Positions 18,161 to 27,970 are shown, counted from the stretch's first letter. The stretch is 64,000 nucleotides of DNA from Candidatus Omnitrophota bacterium (GCA_028712255.1 JAQTQJ010000003.1:7173-71172), one strand, 5' to 3'. The notes: generated by a model from the sequence alone, not told the origin. Made by a program: numbers and translations.

Positions 18161-18733
18161 TTATTTCAGGTAGTCCCTTAGTCCCTCCTTTTCAAAGAGT
18201 TCTCTTATCCGAGCTATCTCACGATGAATAATCATTCTATGTTTATTAAGCTGCCTAGAGGCCTCGCTGATAGTCAGGCCTTCTTCGCCAAGCAGCTTGC
18301 ATAATTTCTGTTGCTGCGGAGTAAGCTTCTGGTAAACTCTGGAAAGTTCTAACTTGAGTTCAGACTTAATTTGCGGCAGGACATCATCGCTTTCAGCGAG
18401 TTTGTCTTTTAAGGCAGGCTCATCTTCATTGTCATCAAAGGGTTCATCCAGGGATACGCTTTCGTAAAACGCCCTCCTTTTATCAGCATTGGCTTTCTCG
18501 GCAAGATTGATAAGCATATTCCTAACAACCTCAGCCATATATGTCCTTTTTGAAGCGCCACGTTTTGTATCGTAGCGATCGCGGACCTCAAGCCAGTGCA
18601 TAAGACATTCCTGCAATAAATCGTCCAATCCTTCACGCGCCAAATATGTGTGCTCTTTTCTGTAATCATTAATAACTTTCTTGGCAACTGCAATCTCCCA
18701 ACTCTCAAATAAACCTCCGTAATTGAGACTCAT
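18161..18733 (-). CDS. RNA polymerase sigma factor, sigma-70 family (ECF-like, regions 2 and 4)
   Basis: 190 aa. Region 2-like segment (RDRYDTKRGASKRTYMAEVVRNMLIN) and a C-terminal region-4 HTH (LTISEASRQLNKHRMIIHREIARIRE). Confidence 0.6.
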   Translation of the reverse strand: MSLNYGGLFESWEIAVAKKVINDYRKEHTYLAREGLDDLLQECLMHWLEVRDRYDTKRGASKRTYMAEVVRNMLINLAEKANADKRRAFYESVSLDEPFDDNEDEPALKDKLAESDDVLPQIKSELKLELSRVYQKLTPQQQKLCKLLGEEGLTISEASRQLNKHRMIIHREIARIRELFEKEGLRDYLK

Positions 18734-18849
18734 GAGACACCTCCTTTTTTTATTTCTTGAGGTGTCTTTAAATGAGCCCTAACTAACGTTAGCCCTTTAA
18801 AACTATGAAGTAAATCACGGAGGTCTCATAAATATATAAAGAGATACCG

Positions 18850-19065
18850 CTATTTGTGCCTTTTTACTTTCGTAAGATCATCGATTCCAAACAGCTCTCT
18901 TTGCGTTGGCTCTCTGCCCAGGATGCCGGTTAAAACTTTTATCACTGCCTCGCAGAGTTTTCTATTTCGCTGCTCTCTCTGTGAAGGCGAAAGGTTCTTC
19001 GCGTAAACCACCTGAATCCGGTCCCCGAATCGCTTATTAAAATCGCCTTTTATCCCTCGTGCCAT
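18850..19065 (-). CDS. Small hypothetical protein expressed from promoter/operator repeat copy B
   Basis: 71-aa ORF with GGGAG 8 nt upstream of the ATG. Confidence 0.35.
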   Translation of the reverse strand: MARGIKGDFNKRFGDRIQVVYAKNLSPSQREQRNRKLCEAVIKVLTGILGREPTQRELFGIDDLTKVKRHK

Positions 19066-19080
19066 ATTTGCTCCCTACAG

Positions 19081-19123
19081 ATGTATACAGATTTTTTTCT
19101 CAAACTGTCACACTCCTGTGACA
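19081..19123 (-). promoter_or_regulatory. Promoter/operator repeat copy B with the perfect dyad TGTCACA-ggag-TGTGACA overlapping the -35
   Basis: Same 33-bp block as copy A. The palindrome is at 19106-19123. Confidence 0.5.
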
Positions 19124-19235
19124 AATTGTTAAAAAAATCGGTATATACATATAGAGGCATCGATTCCTCTTGACTTGTAGGGGTTTTGTTATAGGGTTGG
19201 GGTGTCCAAAAAATCTGAAAGGAGGTGACTACCAC

Positions 19236-19580
19236 ATGACTGCAGAGCAGAAAAAGAAAGACCGTGAGTTTTTGCATAAGCTTCATGCCAAGCATTACGG
19301 CAAGAAGAAAACAAAAGTTCAAAAAGCCAAAGCGCCGGTCGATAATTCTCCGTCGCCTAAGGAAGGTATTGTCTTAGCGGCAGGCAGCACGCGCAACGAA
19401 CTAATGCTGACGGCTAAGCAGCGCGGAGTTAAGAATTTCCGGGTGCTTAACAAGCAGGAACTCGCCGACGTTCTCAAGAACATCGGCGATCAGAAAGCTG
19501 TTGATGCTATTGTGGCCGGGGCTGTGGCCAGATGGAAGGCTGGCTGGGGCAAAGGCAAAACGCGGAAAGCCCAGGCATAG
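19236..19580 (+). CDS. Lys-rich small protein with a Rho-N/SAP-like motif
   Basis: AAAGGAGGTG lies 7 nt before the ATG at 19236. The ORF-track start at 19170 is likely spurious. It is transcribed divergently from the early minus-strand genes. Confidence 0.4.
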   Translation: MTAEQKKKDREFLHKLHAKHYGKKKTKVQKAKAPVDNSPSPKEGIVLAAGSTRNELMLTAKQRGVKNFRVLNKQELADVLKNIGDQKAVDAIVAGAVARWKAGWGKGKTRKAQA

Positions 19581-19652
19581 CTATTCTTAGCCGCCAGGCA
19601 GAAGATACTCCTCTGCCTGGCGGATGCCTGCACTCAAATGTGGTAGAAATCT

Positions 19653-21419
19653 ATGATCATAAAACCTAAGACAGATAAAACAACCAACAAAAAACGATAC
19701 GTTATCTATACGCGCTGCTCCACTGACGACCAGGCCCAGGGAGACTTTACCACCTTGGACAGCCAGGCTTATCACTGCAAGAACTTGCTGGACGCCTTTG
19801 GATACGAGCTCGCCAAGATAGGCAACAAAGGCCGAATAGACGATGACGGATACTCCGGCAAGGATCTCAACCGGCCCGGCATCCAGACGATTATCGACCA
19901 TGTGCGTAAAGAAACTGCCCCTTTTGATGGAATAATCTTCTTCCGCCTTGACCGCCTAACCCGGAATACCCGTGACCTCTACTGGCTTATTGATCTATTC
20001 AACTCCAAAGAGATCTCTTTCGTATCCGTACGCGAGAATCTTGACAGCTCAACCGCCATAGGCAGAGTGGTCATTGGTATACTTGGGATCTTGTCAGCCT
20101 TTGAGCGGGAACTCACCGGCGAGCGTGTGAAAGCCTCTTGCATAGCGCGTGTTCGCCAAGGCAAGTGGGTTGGCGGGATGCTGCCTTATGGATATAAGCT
20201 TATACCAGACGGACAACCTCTGCCTAACGGCCGCCAGCCACACAAGATCGTCCTTGATGAGAAGACATCTCTCCATCTTAAAGCTATCTGGGAGATGGCC
20301 GCAGATAATAAATCGCTTACGCAGGTAGGTCTTGAACTACATAGGCGCGGGCTAAAAACTCTAAACGGCAAGGAATGGCGCAGACAGGTTATCTCAAGGA
20401 TCTTAAAGAATCCCTTCTATAAGGGCTACATCCAGTACAGCGGAGAGTATCATAAAGGCACTCATCCTCCAATTGTAGAGGAGTGGCTCTGGGAAAGGGC
20501 TAATAAGATATTGAATGCAAGACTCCCCGGCCACAACTTTGTGCAGAAGGAAAGATTCTACGAATACCTCCTAGCCGGTATCATTAGATGCGGCGATTGC
20601 GGAAGCCATATGGTCTGCAATTTCTCAGGTGGCCGTGGCCGGAGAAAGTTCTTTTATTATGAATGCAGCCGCTCCAAACAGGCCCTGGGATGCAAGGCTG
20701 CGCGCATCTCAGCAACCACCTTTGACAAAGCCATAATCGATTATTTCAGGCGGGCATCCAAGGACAAAAACATTATCATAAAGGCCCTTGGGGACGCAAT
20801 GCTTGAGTCGCAGGCAAAGCTTAAAAAGATAGAAGCGGATCTTAAAGAAAAGGAAGCCAAACTAAATGGCTTCCGGCACCAGGCCAATAAGCTGCTGGAA
20901 TTGGCCATGGGTAACACAGTAACCAAAGGCTCAACCTATAAAGACAAAATGGCCGAATTGGAAACTGAGATCGTAAAGCTGGAAGACGAAATAGACAAGC
21001 TGCAGGCCCAGAAGAGAGTCACCAGCATAAACGCCTCCTCCGGTGAGCTCGTATACCGTACCATGGGCTTTGCCATCCAGCACCTCGAAGATGCCCCTCC
21101 GGAAGCCCAGAAAAGCCTTATTCAGGCCTTGATTAAGGATATCTATGTCTATAGCGACCGGTTGGTAATCAATATGTATATTGATGAGCCGCTGGAAAGC
21201 ATCCTCCCCACCGAAATAGCCTCTACAAACGAAAAGCGCCCTACAGAAGCCTGTAAGGCGCTTGCATCCACTGTATCGCTACCCGGAGTTTCGGATAGTT
21301 GTCAACAATGGCTGCCCCGCTTGGACTCGAACCAAGATAGTCAGATCCAGAATCTGAAGTCCTACCGATTAGACGACAGGGCAAATGTGTTAGAAAGTAT
21401 ATCGTGGATAAAAAGTTAA
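19653..21419 (+). CDS. Large serine recombinase (phage integrase)
   Basis: N-terminal resolvase catalytic domain (YVIYTRCSTDDQ), a recombinase domain, a zinc-ribbon-like Cys cluster (CGDCGSH...C) and a C-terminal coiled coil. 588 aa. Confidence 0.85.
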   Translation: MIIKPKTDKTTNKKRYVIYTRCSTDDQAQGDFTTLDSQAYHCKNLLDAFGYELAKIGNKGRIDDDGYSGKDLNRPGIQTIIDHVRKETAPFDGIIFFRLDRLTRNTRDLYWLIDLFNSKEISFVSVRENLDSSTAIGRVVIGILGILSAFERELTGERVKASCIARVRQGKWVGGMLPYGYKLIPDGQPLPNGRQPHKIVLDEKTSLHLKAIWEMAADNKSLTQVGLELHRRGLKTLNGKEWRRQVISRILKNPFYKGYIQYSGEYHKGTHPPIVEEWLWERANKILNARLPGHNFVQKERFYEYLLAGIIRCGDCGSHMVCNFSGGRGRRKFFYYECSRSKQALGCKAARISATTFDKAIIDYFRRASKDKNIIIKALGDAMLESQAKLKKIEADLKEKEAKLNGFRHQANKLLELAMGNTVTKGSTYKDKMAELETEIVKLEDEIDKLQAQKRVTSINASSGELVYRTMGFAIQHLEDAPPEAQKSLIQALIKDIYVYSDRLVINMYIDEPLESILPTEIASTNEKRPTEACKALASTVSLPGVSDSCQQWLPRLDSNQDSQIQNLKSYRLDDRANVLESISWIKS

Positions 21420-21432
21420 ATCAAGCAATAAA

Positions 21433-21477
21433 ATAGGGCGTTTCTCATGGTGGAAAACGCCCTATTTTGTTTTATTT
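21433..21477 (+). terminator. Rho-independent terminator after the integrase
   Basis: atagggcgtttctcatggtggaaaacgccctat followed by ttttgttttatt. An A-run precedes it, so it is bidirectional. Confidence 0.7.
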
Positions 21478-21490
21478 ACTCTTAAAAAAG

Positions 21491-21736
21491 CTACCAAAGA
21501 TTCTCTCTTACCCAATTGTCAGCTTTTTTAATAAAACCCACATCGTCTTTAAAACCCTGGCTAAACCCTCCTGCTGTGTTTTGAGCAACCGCAACAGCAG
21601 TACAACCAGTGCCCTGGGCAATACCATAAGCAGCACCGCCTGTTCCTTTAATTATAGTACATCCGCTAGCCAAAGAAACAAAAATAAAAAGAATACCAAA
21701 TAAAACACTCTTCCCAATCATTATTCTCTCCCTCAT
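21491..21736 (-). CDS. Small lipoprotein
   Basis: Signal peptide with lipobox LASGC, then a Gly/Ala-rich mature part. Confidence 0.4.
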   Translation of the reverse strand: MRERIMIGKSVLFGILFIFVSLASGCTIIKGTGGAAYGIAQGTGCTAVAVAQNTAGGFSQGFKDDVGFIKKADNWVRENLW

Positions 21737-21930
21737 TAACCTAATTTACTATTAATATAATACCATAAAATAAAAAGGCAAGGGGAAATTTTATTGGCTT
21801 TTACTCCTGGGCATTGCCTGCCCGCTGGTAGTTTACCCCTTGCCTTTGTCCAAACTTTCTACTCAAATATAACATAAATTTACTATCAATATCAAGTGAG
21901 AAGGAAAAATATTTTTTGGGCGCATAGTTC

Positions 21931-23223
21931 TTATCTTACCCATTTTAAGAGCCTCTTAATGCTTTTTTCTTTCCCCAGATAATAAATTACTTCGAATAAG
22001 CCAGGCCCGATAGTCTTTCCGGTAAGGGCAACGCGTACAGGATGTATCAACTTTTTAGCCTCAATACCTAACTCCACCACTAATTCTCGAAAAGCGCCTT
22101 CAATATTAACAATATTAAAATCAGCTAAATTCTTAAGCCTATCTGCGAAAAGTTTAAACTCTTTAGATAGATCAGTAGCTAAATATTTTTTTACTGCATC
22201 CTCATCCATTATCAGCTCATCAAGAAAGAAAAAATCCGCCCAATCTACAAAATCATTGAGCCTGGGAAGCCTGGCCTGAAATAATTTTACTAAACCTAAA
22301 AGGAAATCCCGGTCAAAATTATCTTTGTTTATATAGTTCTTGGCTGCAAGAAGCACAACAAGCTCATCCATTAACTTTTGCGGATCAGCAGCTTTAAGAT
22401 ATTGATTATTCATCCAATCCAGCTTCTTTAAATCAAAGGTAGCTGCAGTTTTATTTACATTTTTTATATCAAATAAATTTACCGCTTCTTTGATACTGAT
22501 CAATTCCCGATTGTCTCCCGGAGCCCAGCTAAGTAAAAGAAGGTAATTTAATAATGCCTCAGACAAATAACCCATCTTGCGGTAATCACTAATAGCCGTT
22601 GCACCTGTTCTTTTGGAGAGCCTGCCACCGTCAACCCCCATAATCAAAGGAAGATGCGCAAAAAGCGGTAATGGGAAACCCAGGGCTTGATAAATAAGGA
22701 CTTGTTTAGGTGTATTAGAAATATGGTCATCCCCGCGGATAATATGCGTAATATTCATCTCTGCGTCATCAACGACACAGGCAAAATTATAAGTAGGGGT
22801 TCCGTCGGATTTAATTAATACCTGATCCTTAATTAACGTAGAATCGAATTCAATCTGGCCGCGGATTAAATCATTCACTTTTATCTTCTGCTTCGGGACC
22901 TTGTAGATTATTGCTTCCTTGCCTTCAGGAGATTTTTCAATATAGGCAAGGCCTGCTTTTAACAATTTATCCGCGTGCATCCGGTAGCTGTCAAAACGCT
23001 CGCTTTGATAATAAAGTTCATCCCAGGCAAAACCCAACCATTTAAGGCTATCAAGAATTTCGTCGACAAATTCAGGCTTGGAGCGCTCCTTATCCGTATC
23101 TTCAATCCTTAAGATAAATTTACCTTTTTGCGACTGCGCAAAAAGCCAGTTAAACAAAGCGGTACGTCCTCCGCCGATATGAAGATTCCCTGTTGGGCTA
23201 GGAGCAAACCTTACTCTAACCAT
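21931..23223 (-). CDS. gltX: Glutamyl-tRNA synthetase
   Basis: N-terminal PSPTGNLHIGG (HIGH motif) and a KMSKS-like motif (LSKR). Confidence 0.85.
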   Translation of the reverse strand: MVRVRFAPSPTGNLHIGGGRTALFNWLFAQSQKGKFILRIEDTDKERSKPEFVDEILDSLKWLGFAWDELYYQSERFDSYRMHADKLLKAGLAYIEKSPEGKEAIIYKVPKQKIKVNDLIRGQIEFDSTLIKDQVLIKSDGTPTYNFACVVDDAEMNITHIIRGDDHISNTPKQVLIYQALGFPLPLFAHLPLIMGVDGGRLSKRTGATAISDYRKMGYLSEALLNYLLLLSWAPGDNRELISIKEAVNLFDIKNVNKTAATFDLKKLDWMNNQYLKAADPQKLMDELVVLLAAKNYINKDNFDRDFLLGLVKLFQARLPRLNDFVDWADFFFLDELIMDEDAVKKYLATDLSKEFKLFADRLKNLADFNIVNIEGAFRELVVELGIEAKKLIHPVRVALTGKTIGPGLFEVIYYLGKEKSIKRLLKWVR

Positions 23224-23752
23224 GATTTAATTTTTCTCCTTCTGCCAAGGCCAATTCATTAACCTCTAAAATTTTTAAATTACCCGCAGGAGCCATAAAC
23301 TTAAATACCTCTAAAATATTCTTGGTCTTAATAATCTTCTTGGCAGCTAGATATACGCCTAATGCCACCATATTGGCAACTTTAATATTGCCTAACTTTA
23401 TGGCAATATCGGTAAACGGGAATTGTAATATTTTTACTTTGGCATATGAATCGCTTTTAGCTAAAGAAGAATTAAGAATTAATAAACCATTATTTTTAAG
23501 CTTACCTTTAAATCTTCCCAGTGAAGGATTGTTTAAAATTATAAGCGAATCCGCTTTGGCTATATAAGGAGAGCCTACTTCCTGATCAGAGATCGTAACC
23601 ATGCAATGGCTGGTTCCTCCGCGCACCTCCGGCCCGTAAGCAGGAAACCAGCTAACATGCCAGCCTTGACGCATAGCTGCCTCTGCCAAGACCTTTCCCA
23701 AAAGCATCACCCCTTGACCGCCGCTGCCTGCGATAATTATGCGTTCGGTCAT
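23216..23752 (-). CDS. 2-oxoacid:ferredoxin oxidoreductase, gamma subunit
   Basis: [11 protein letters not shown]... typical POR/KOR/VOR gamma subunit. Last gene of the delta-alpha-beta-gamma cluster. Confidence 0.7.
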   Translation of the reverse strand: MTERIIIAGSGGQGVMLLGKVLAEAAMRQGWHVSWFPAYGPEVRGGTSHCMVTISDQEVGSPYIAKADSLIILNNPSLGRFKGKLKNNGLLILNSSLAKSDSYAKVKILQFPFTDIAIKLGNIKVANMVALGVYLAAKKIIKTKNILEVFKFMAPAGNLKILEVNELALAEGEKLNHG

Positions 23753-24477
23753 TTAATCCTTCCTAAAGGGAACTCTTTTTGCATCACATCCCTAATCCAA
23801 TCCAATGATTCTTTGGGGCTTTGCCCCCAATAAGTCGGGCAAGGAGAAAGCACCTCCACTAGAGAAAATCCCAAATTATTTATCTGGTTTTCAAACGCCT
23901 GCTTGATTGCGCGCTTAGCCTTTAATACTTCCTGAGGTGAATGCAGTGAGACCCTCTCAACATAGGCTACCCCAGGTAATATTGCCAACATCTCTGAAAT
24001 TTTCAATGGATAACCGTGTTTCTCTTTTACCCTACCTTCAATAGAAGTAGAGGTTTTTTGGCCTAAAAGCGTAGTAGGAGCCATCTGTCCCCCTGTCATG
24101 CCATAAACCGTATTGTTAATAAAAATTACGCTTAAATTTTCTCCGCGGTTTGCCGCATGTATAGTCTCGTTTGTACCAATAGCAGCTAAGTCCCCATCAC
24201 CCTGATAGGTAAAAACAATATTCTGCGGATGCACTCTTTTTATAGCCGTTGCCACAGCCAGCGCCCGGCCATGGGGAGCTTCCGAACAATCAAAATTCCA
24301 GTAATCATAAGCCACCACAGCACACCCTACAGGAGCTATCCCGACAGTTTTTTCTCTTATACCTAATTCATCAACTACCTGAGCAACCAGCCGGTGCGCA
24401 GTACCGTGGCCGCAACCTGGACAATAATGCGTGGGTACATCATACAAAGACTCTGGGCGAAAAAATGTTTTTTCCAT
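23749..24477 (-). CDS. 2-oxoacid:ferredoxin oxidoreductase, beta subunit (TPP-binding)
   Basis: CPGCGHG motif and TPP-binding GDG...N region. Confidence 0.8.
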   Translation of the reverse strand: MEKTFFRPESLYDVPTHYCPGCGHGTAHRLVAQVVDELGIREKTVGIAPVGCAVVAYDYWNFDCSEAPHGRALAVATAIKRVHPQNIVFTYQGDGDLAAIGTNETIHAANRGENLSVIFINNTVYGMTGGQMAPTTLLGQKTSTSIEGRVKEKHGYPLKISEMLAILPGVAYVERVSLHSPQEVLKAKRAIKQAFENQINNLGFSLVEVLSPCPTYWGQSPKESLDWIRDVMQKEFPLGRIK

Positions 24478-25554
24478 TTACTGAAGTAATATTTTATTAA
24501 CTTTATTAATAATTTCTTCCTCGCTTGGAACCCCACCACCTGAGCGGCCAAGAAAATCAACCTTTTGCCTACAACAAACTGCCAATTTTACATCTTCAAG
24601 CATCTGGCCATAGGACATCTCAACCACCAGAAATTTAACCTTTTTATTTTTTATGCTAAACGGCACCTGCGGAAACGGCCAAAGCGTAATCGGACGAATC
24701 AACCCTATCTTCTTTCCCTGATTCCTTAACTGAATAACAGCGCCTTTGGCAATACGCGCCATTGTTCCATAAGCCACCAGGATAACTTTTGCATCGGATA
24801 AAAATATGCCTTCATAACGGGCTTCTTTTTTCCTAATCTGTTCATAATTAGCCTGGAGCTTAAGGTTAAATTCTTCCAAGGCCCCTTCACGTAAAAAGAA
24901 TGATTTAACAATATTGGGTTTTCTTCCTTTACAACCGGTAAGCGCCCAATTCTTAAAAGTATTAACCTTATTCTTTTTTTTAGATAAATGTACCGGCTCC
25001 ATCATCTGGCCTAAGATCCCATCTCCTAAAATCATAATCGGAATACGATATTTATCCGCCAACTCAAAACTTATTTTGGTAAGATCATATGCCTCCTGAA
25101 CACAGGAAGGAGCCAAAACTATCAAATGGTAATCTCCATGGCCGCCGCCGCGGGTAGCCTGAAAATAATCCGATTGGGCAGGAGCAATATTGCCAAGCCC
25201 CGGGCCGCCACGCATAATATTGACAATTACCGCCGGAAGCTGAGAGCCGGCAATATAGGATATTCCTTCCTGCATTAAACTTATCCCCGGGCTAGAAGAG
25301 GAAGTCATCGACCTTGCTCCGGCAGCGCAAGCGCCATAAACCATATTAATTGCAGCCAACTCTGATTCCGCTTGAATAAATACTCCTTTGGATTGCTCCC
25401 TGCCTGTCCGGCAGGCAGGCATACACTTAGCCATATAAGCAATAATTTCATTTTGGGGAGTAATAGGATAACCGGCATAGAAATTGCAGCCTGCCTGAAG
25501 GGCGCCTTGAGCAATTGCTTCGTTACCACTTAATAATATCTTCGCTTTAACCAT
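24478..25554 (-). CDS. 2-oxoacid:ferredoxin oxidoreductase, alpha subunit
   Basis: 358-aa pyruvate/2-ketoacid oxidoreductase core domain. Confidence 0.8.
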   Translation of the reverse strand: MVKAKILLSGNEAIAQGALQAGCNFYAGYPITPQNEIIAYMAKCMPACRTGREQSKGVFIQAESELAAINMVYGACAAGARSMTSSSSPGISLMQEGISYIAGSQLPAVIVNIMRGGPGLGNIAPAQSDYFQATRGGGHGDYHLIVLAPSCVQEAYDLTKISFELADKYRIPIMILGDGILGQMMEPVHLSKKKNKVNTFKNWALTGCKGRKPNIVKSFFLREGALEEFNLKLQANYEQIRKKEARYEGIFLSDAKVILVAYGTMARIAKGAVIQLRNQGKKIGLIRPITLWPFPQVPFSIKNKKVKFLVVEMSYGQMLEDVKLAVCCRQKVDFLGRSGGGVPSEEEIINKVNKILLQ

Positions 25555-25640
25555 GGTTTTTAATACTATACAAAAGTTATAAGTTGTAGGCTTTAAGTCT
25601 AAGGCTTATATCTTACGACTTACAGCTTATCCCAAGCTTC

Positions 25641-25847
25641 TCATTCTTTATACACATCAATACAACAATCCGGACAAATTACTGCGCATTGCATACAACC
25701 AATACATTCTCCATTGGTATCGAATTCCACAAAATTTAATCCCTTTTTGTTTAATTTGGCGCTTTTCTTAAGTAAGCCCTTGGGACAGAAATTTACGCAC
25801 AGAAAGCAACCCTTACATCTATCAGGATTAATTTTAATCTTAGCCAT
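25641..25847 (-). CDS. 2-oxoacid:ferredoxin oxidoreductase, delta subunit (2x[4Fe-4S] ferredoxin)
   Basis: 68 aa with two 4Fe-4S cysteine motifs, CxxCxxC...CP and CxxCxxCxxxCP. Confidence 0.75.
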   Translation of the reverse strand: MAKIKINPDRCKGCFLCVNFCPKGLLKKSAKLNKKGLNFVEFDTNGECIGCMQCAVICPDCCIDVYKE

Positions 25848-27705
25848 TGTTTTTTATATGCTGGCGGATGCTTGTGGCAATCCCCAAACCAGTCAATCCA
25901 TATTTTTCCAAAAGCAACCCTCTTGCCCCATGAGGAATAAATTCAAACGGCAGTCCGATACGTTCAACATGCTTATCTAATTCTTGGGCAATAGCGCTGC
26001 CAAAGCCTTCCTGTTTTATTCCCTCTTCAACTGTAAAAACAAATTTTGTTTTGGCGCTTACATCTTTAATTAATTTAATGTCTAAGGGCCAAACAAAACG
26101 CGCATTAATTAAATTACCAAATAATCCTTCTTTATTCAATATTTCAATTGCTTCCTGAGCAGCCAAAACCATAGATCCCAAAGCAACAATTGTAAAATCT
26201 TTGCCTTCTTTAATCAGCTCCGCCTTACCCAACTTTAATGGAATAGGCCTATCCTCTACCAGAGTGGTTTCTGCTCGCGGATATCTTATCGCCACAGGCT
26301 GATTCAACCCTATTGCAAATTCCAACATCTGCTCCAACTCCTGGCCACCCTTTGGCGCCATAACCACTAGGTTGGGAATACTGCTTAAGTAAGCAATATC
26401 AAATATCCCCTGATGGGTAACTCCATCTTCTCCCACAATGCCTGCTCGGTCAATAGCAAATATTACCGACAATCCCTGCAATGAAACTTCTTGAATGATC
26501 TGATCATATGCGCGCTGCAGGAATGTAGAATATACCGCAACCACCGGTTTAAATCCCTGCTTGGCAAGCCCGGCGGCAAAACAAACCGCATGGGGTTCGG
26601 CAATCCCGACGTCAAAAAATCTCGTTGGAAAACTATCCCGGAACTTATCCAGGCCTGTTCCTTCCGGCATAGCCGCGGTTATCGCCAGAATCCGCTTATC
26701 GGATCCTGCTAACTGCACTAATTTATTTCTGAATATTTCAGTATAGCTTTTTACTCCGACTTTAGATTTTTTTACTTCTACCTCTCCTGTATTTATATCA
26801 AAACAGCCAATCCCATGAAATTTTACCGGGTTTTTTTCGGCAAACTCACAACCTTTACCCTTTTTAGTTACTATATGCAAAAGCCGCGGGCCTCTAATCT
26901 CTGTGATATTCTTTAAGGTTACAGTTAGCTTACTTAAATCATGACCGTCAATCGGGCCAAAATAACGAAAACCTAATTCTTCAAATAGTATACCCGGAAC
27001 AAACAAGCCTTTTAACCCCTCTTCAAACTTAGACATAAGTTTTAACAGGCGACTGCCGCGTGGGACACGGCTTTTTAGAAAATTTTCTATGTTATTATGG
27101 AAACGGTTGTAAACCGGCAAGGAAATAATCTTATTCAAATAGTTACTGATTGCTCCCACATTCGGAGCAATGCTTAATTCATTAGTATTTAAAACTACCA
27201 AAATGTCTTTCTTCAGGTGGCCGGCATTATTCAAGCCTTCAAAACAAAGGCCGCCACTTAAAGAACCATCACCAATCACAGAAACTACCCTGAACTGCTC
27301 CTGGCAAGGCAATAGGTCTCTTCCACAAGCAAGGCCTAGCCCCAAAGAAACAGCATTTGAGCTGTGGCCGCTAGTGAAAGAATCATAAATCGACTCATCC
27401 TTCGAAGGAAAACCACTTAGGCCCTGATATTGCCTAAGCGTTGAAAAATTAGAATTACGTCCGGTTAATATTTTATGTGCGTATGCCTGATGCCCAACAT
27501 CAAATATGATTTTATCTTTGGGGGTATTCAGAGAATAATGCAGGGCAATAATCAGCTCTACTGCACCGAGGCTAGAAGCAAGATGCCCACCGACCCCAGA
27601 GACAACCTCAATCATTCTCTGACGGATCTCTTGAGCCAGGATTTTTAGTTCTTCAATATTTAATTTTTTTAAATCCTGCGGTGAATTTATCTTCTCTAAA
27701 AACAT
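25840..27705 (-). CDS. dxs: 1-deoxy-D-xylulose-5-phosphate synthase
   Basis: 621 aa with a transketolase-like TPP motif (GDG...N) and GHxxxxxK. Typical DXS length. Confidence 0.9.
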   Translation of the reverse strand: MFLEKINSPQDLKKLNIEELKILAQEIRQRMIEVVSGVGGHLASSLGAVELIIALHYSLNTPKDKIIFDVGHQAYAHKILTGRNSNFSTLRQYQGLSGFPSKDESIYDSFTSGHSSNAVSLGLGLACGRDLLPCQEQFRVVSVIGDGSLSGGLCFEGLNNAGHLKKDILVVLNTNELSIAPNVGAISNYLNKIISLPVYNRFHNNIENFLKSRVPRGSRLLKLMSKFEEGLKGLFVPGILFEELGFRYFGPIDGHDLSKLTVTLKNITEIRGPRLLHIVTKKGKGCEFAEKNPVKFHGIGCFDINTGEVEVKKSKVGVKSYTEIFRNKLVQLAGSDKRILAITAAMPEGTGLDKFRDSFPTRFFDVGIAEPHAVCFAAGLAKQGFKPVVAVYSTFLQRAYDQIIQEVSLQGLSVIFAIDRAGIVGEDGVTHQGIFDIAYLSSIPNLVVMAPKGGQELEQMLEFAIGLNQPVAIRYPRAETTLVEDRPIPLKLGKAELIKEGKDFTIVALGSMVLAAQEAIEILNKEGLFGNLINARFVWPLDIKLIKDVSAKTKFVFTVEEGIKQEGFGSAIAQELDKHVERIGLPFEFIPHGARGLLLEKYGLTGLGIATSIRQHIKNNG

Positions 27706-27706
27706 T

Positions 27707-27970
27707 TTATTTACCTTCCATCCTTAAGTCTTCAAATTTCTCTAAAGAAAATTTTCCGTCCTTTTTCATAAGCAGTTCGACTTTACGCTGGGCATCCATT
27801 AAGACTTGCGAGCAGGATTGGGCGATTTTTATCCCTTCTTCATATTTCTTAAGCGATTCCCCCAAACTAATTTTTCCGCTGGCAAGCTCCTCAACAATCT
27901 TCTGCAGCTTTTTTAGGTCTTCCTCAAATATTGGTTTTTCTTTCATCACTAAATACCTCCTGTATAACAC
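27707..27970 (-). CDS. xseB: Exodeoxyribonuclease VII small subunit
   Basis: 87-aa helical protein directly downstream of xseA, in the canonical pairing. Confidence 0.8.
   Translation of the reverse strand: MLYRRYLVMKEKPIFEEDLKKLQKIVEELASGKISLGESLKKYEEGIKIAQSCSQVLMDAQRKVELLMKKDGKFSLEKFEDLRMEGK

Larger units (their letters stand above)
1..21477. mobile_element. Lambda-like siphovirus prophage, right-hand ~21.5 kb; the left end lies outside the window
   Basis: Contiguous minus-strand late operon in lambda gene order, an early/regulatory module, a large serine recombinase at 19653-21419 and a terminator at 21433-21477. The region looks clearly GC-richer by eye than the AT-rich DNA from ~21480 onward. 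Confidence 0.75.

Noticed and set aside
18409-18708. ORF 18409-18708 (-) inside the sigma-factor gene
   Set aside because: Out-of-frame overlap with the sigma-factor CDS, which has recognisable region 2/4 motifs.
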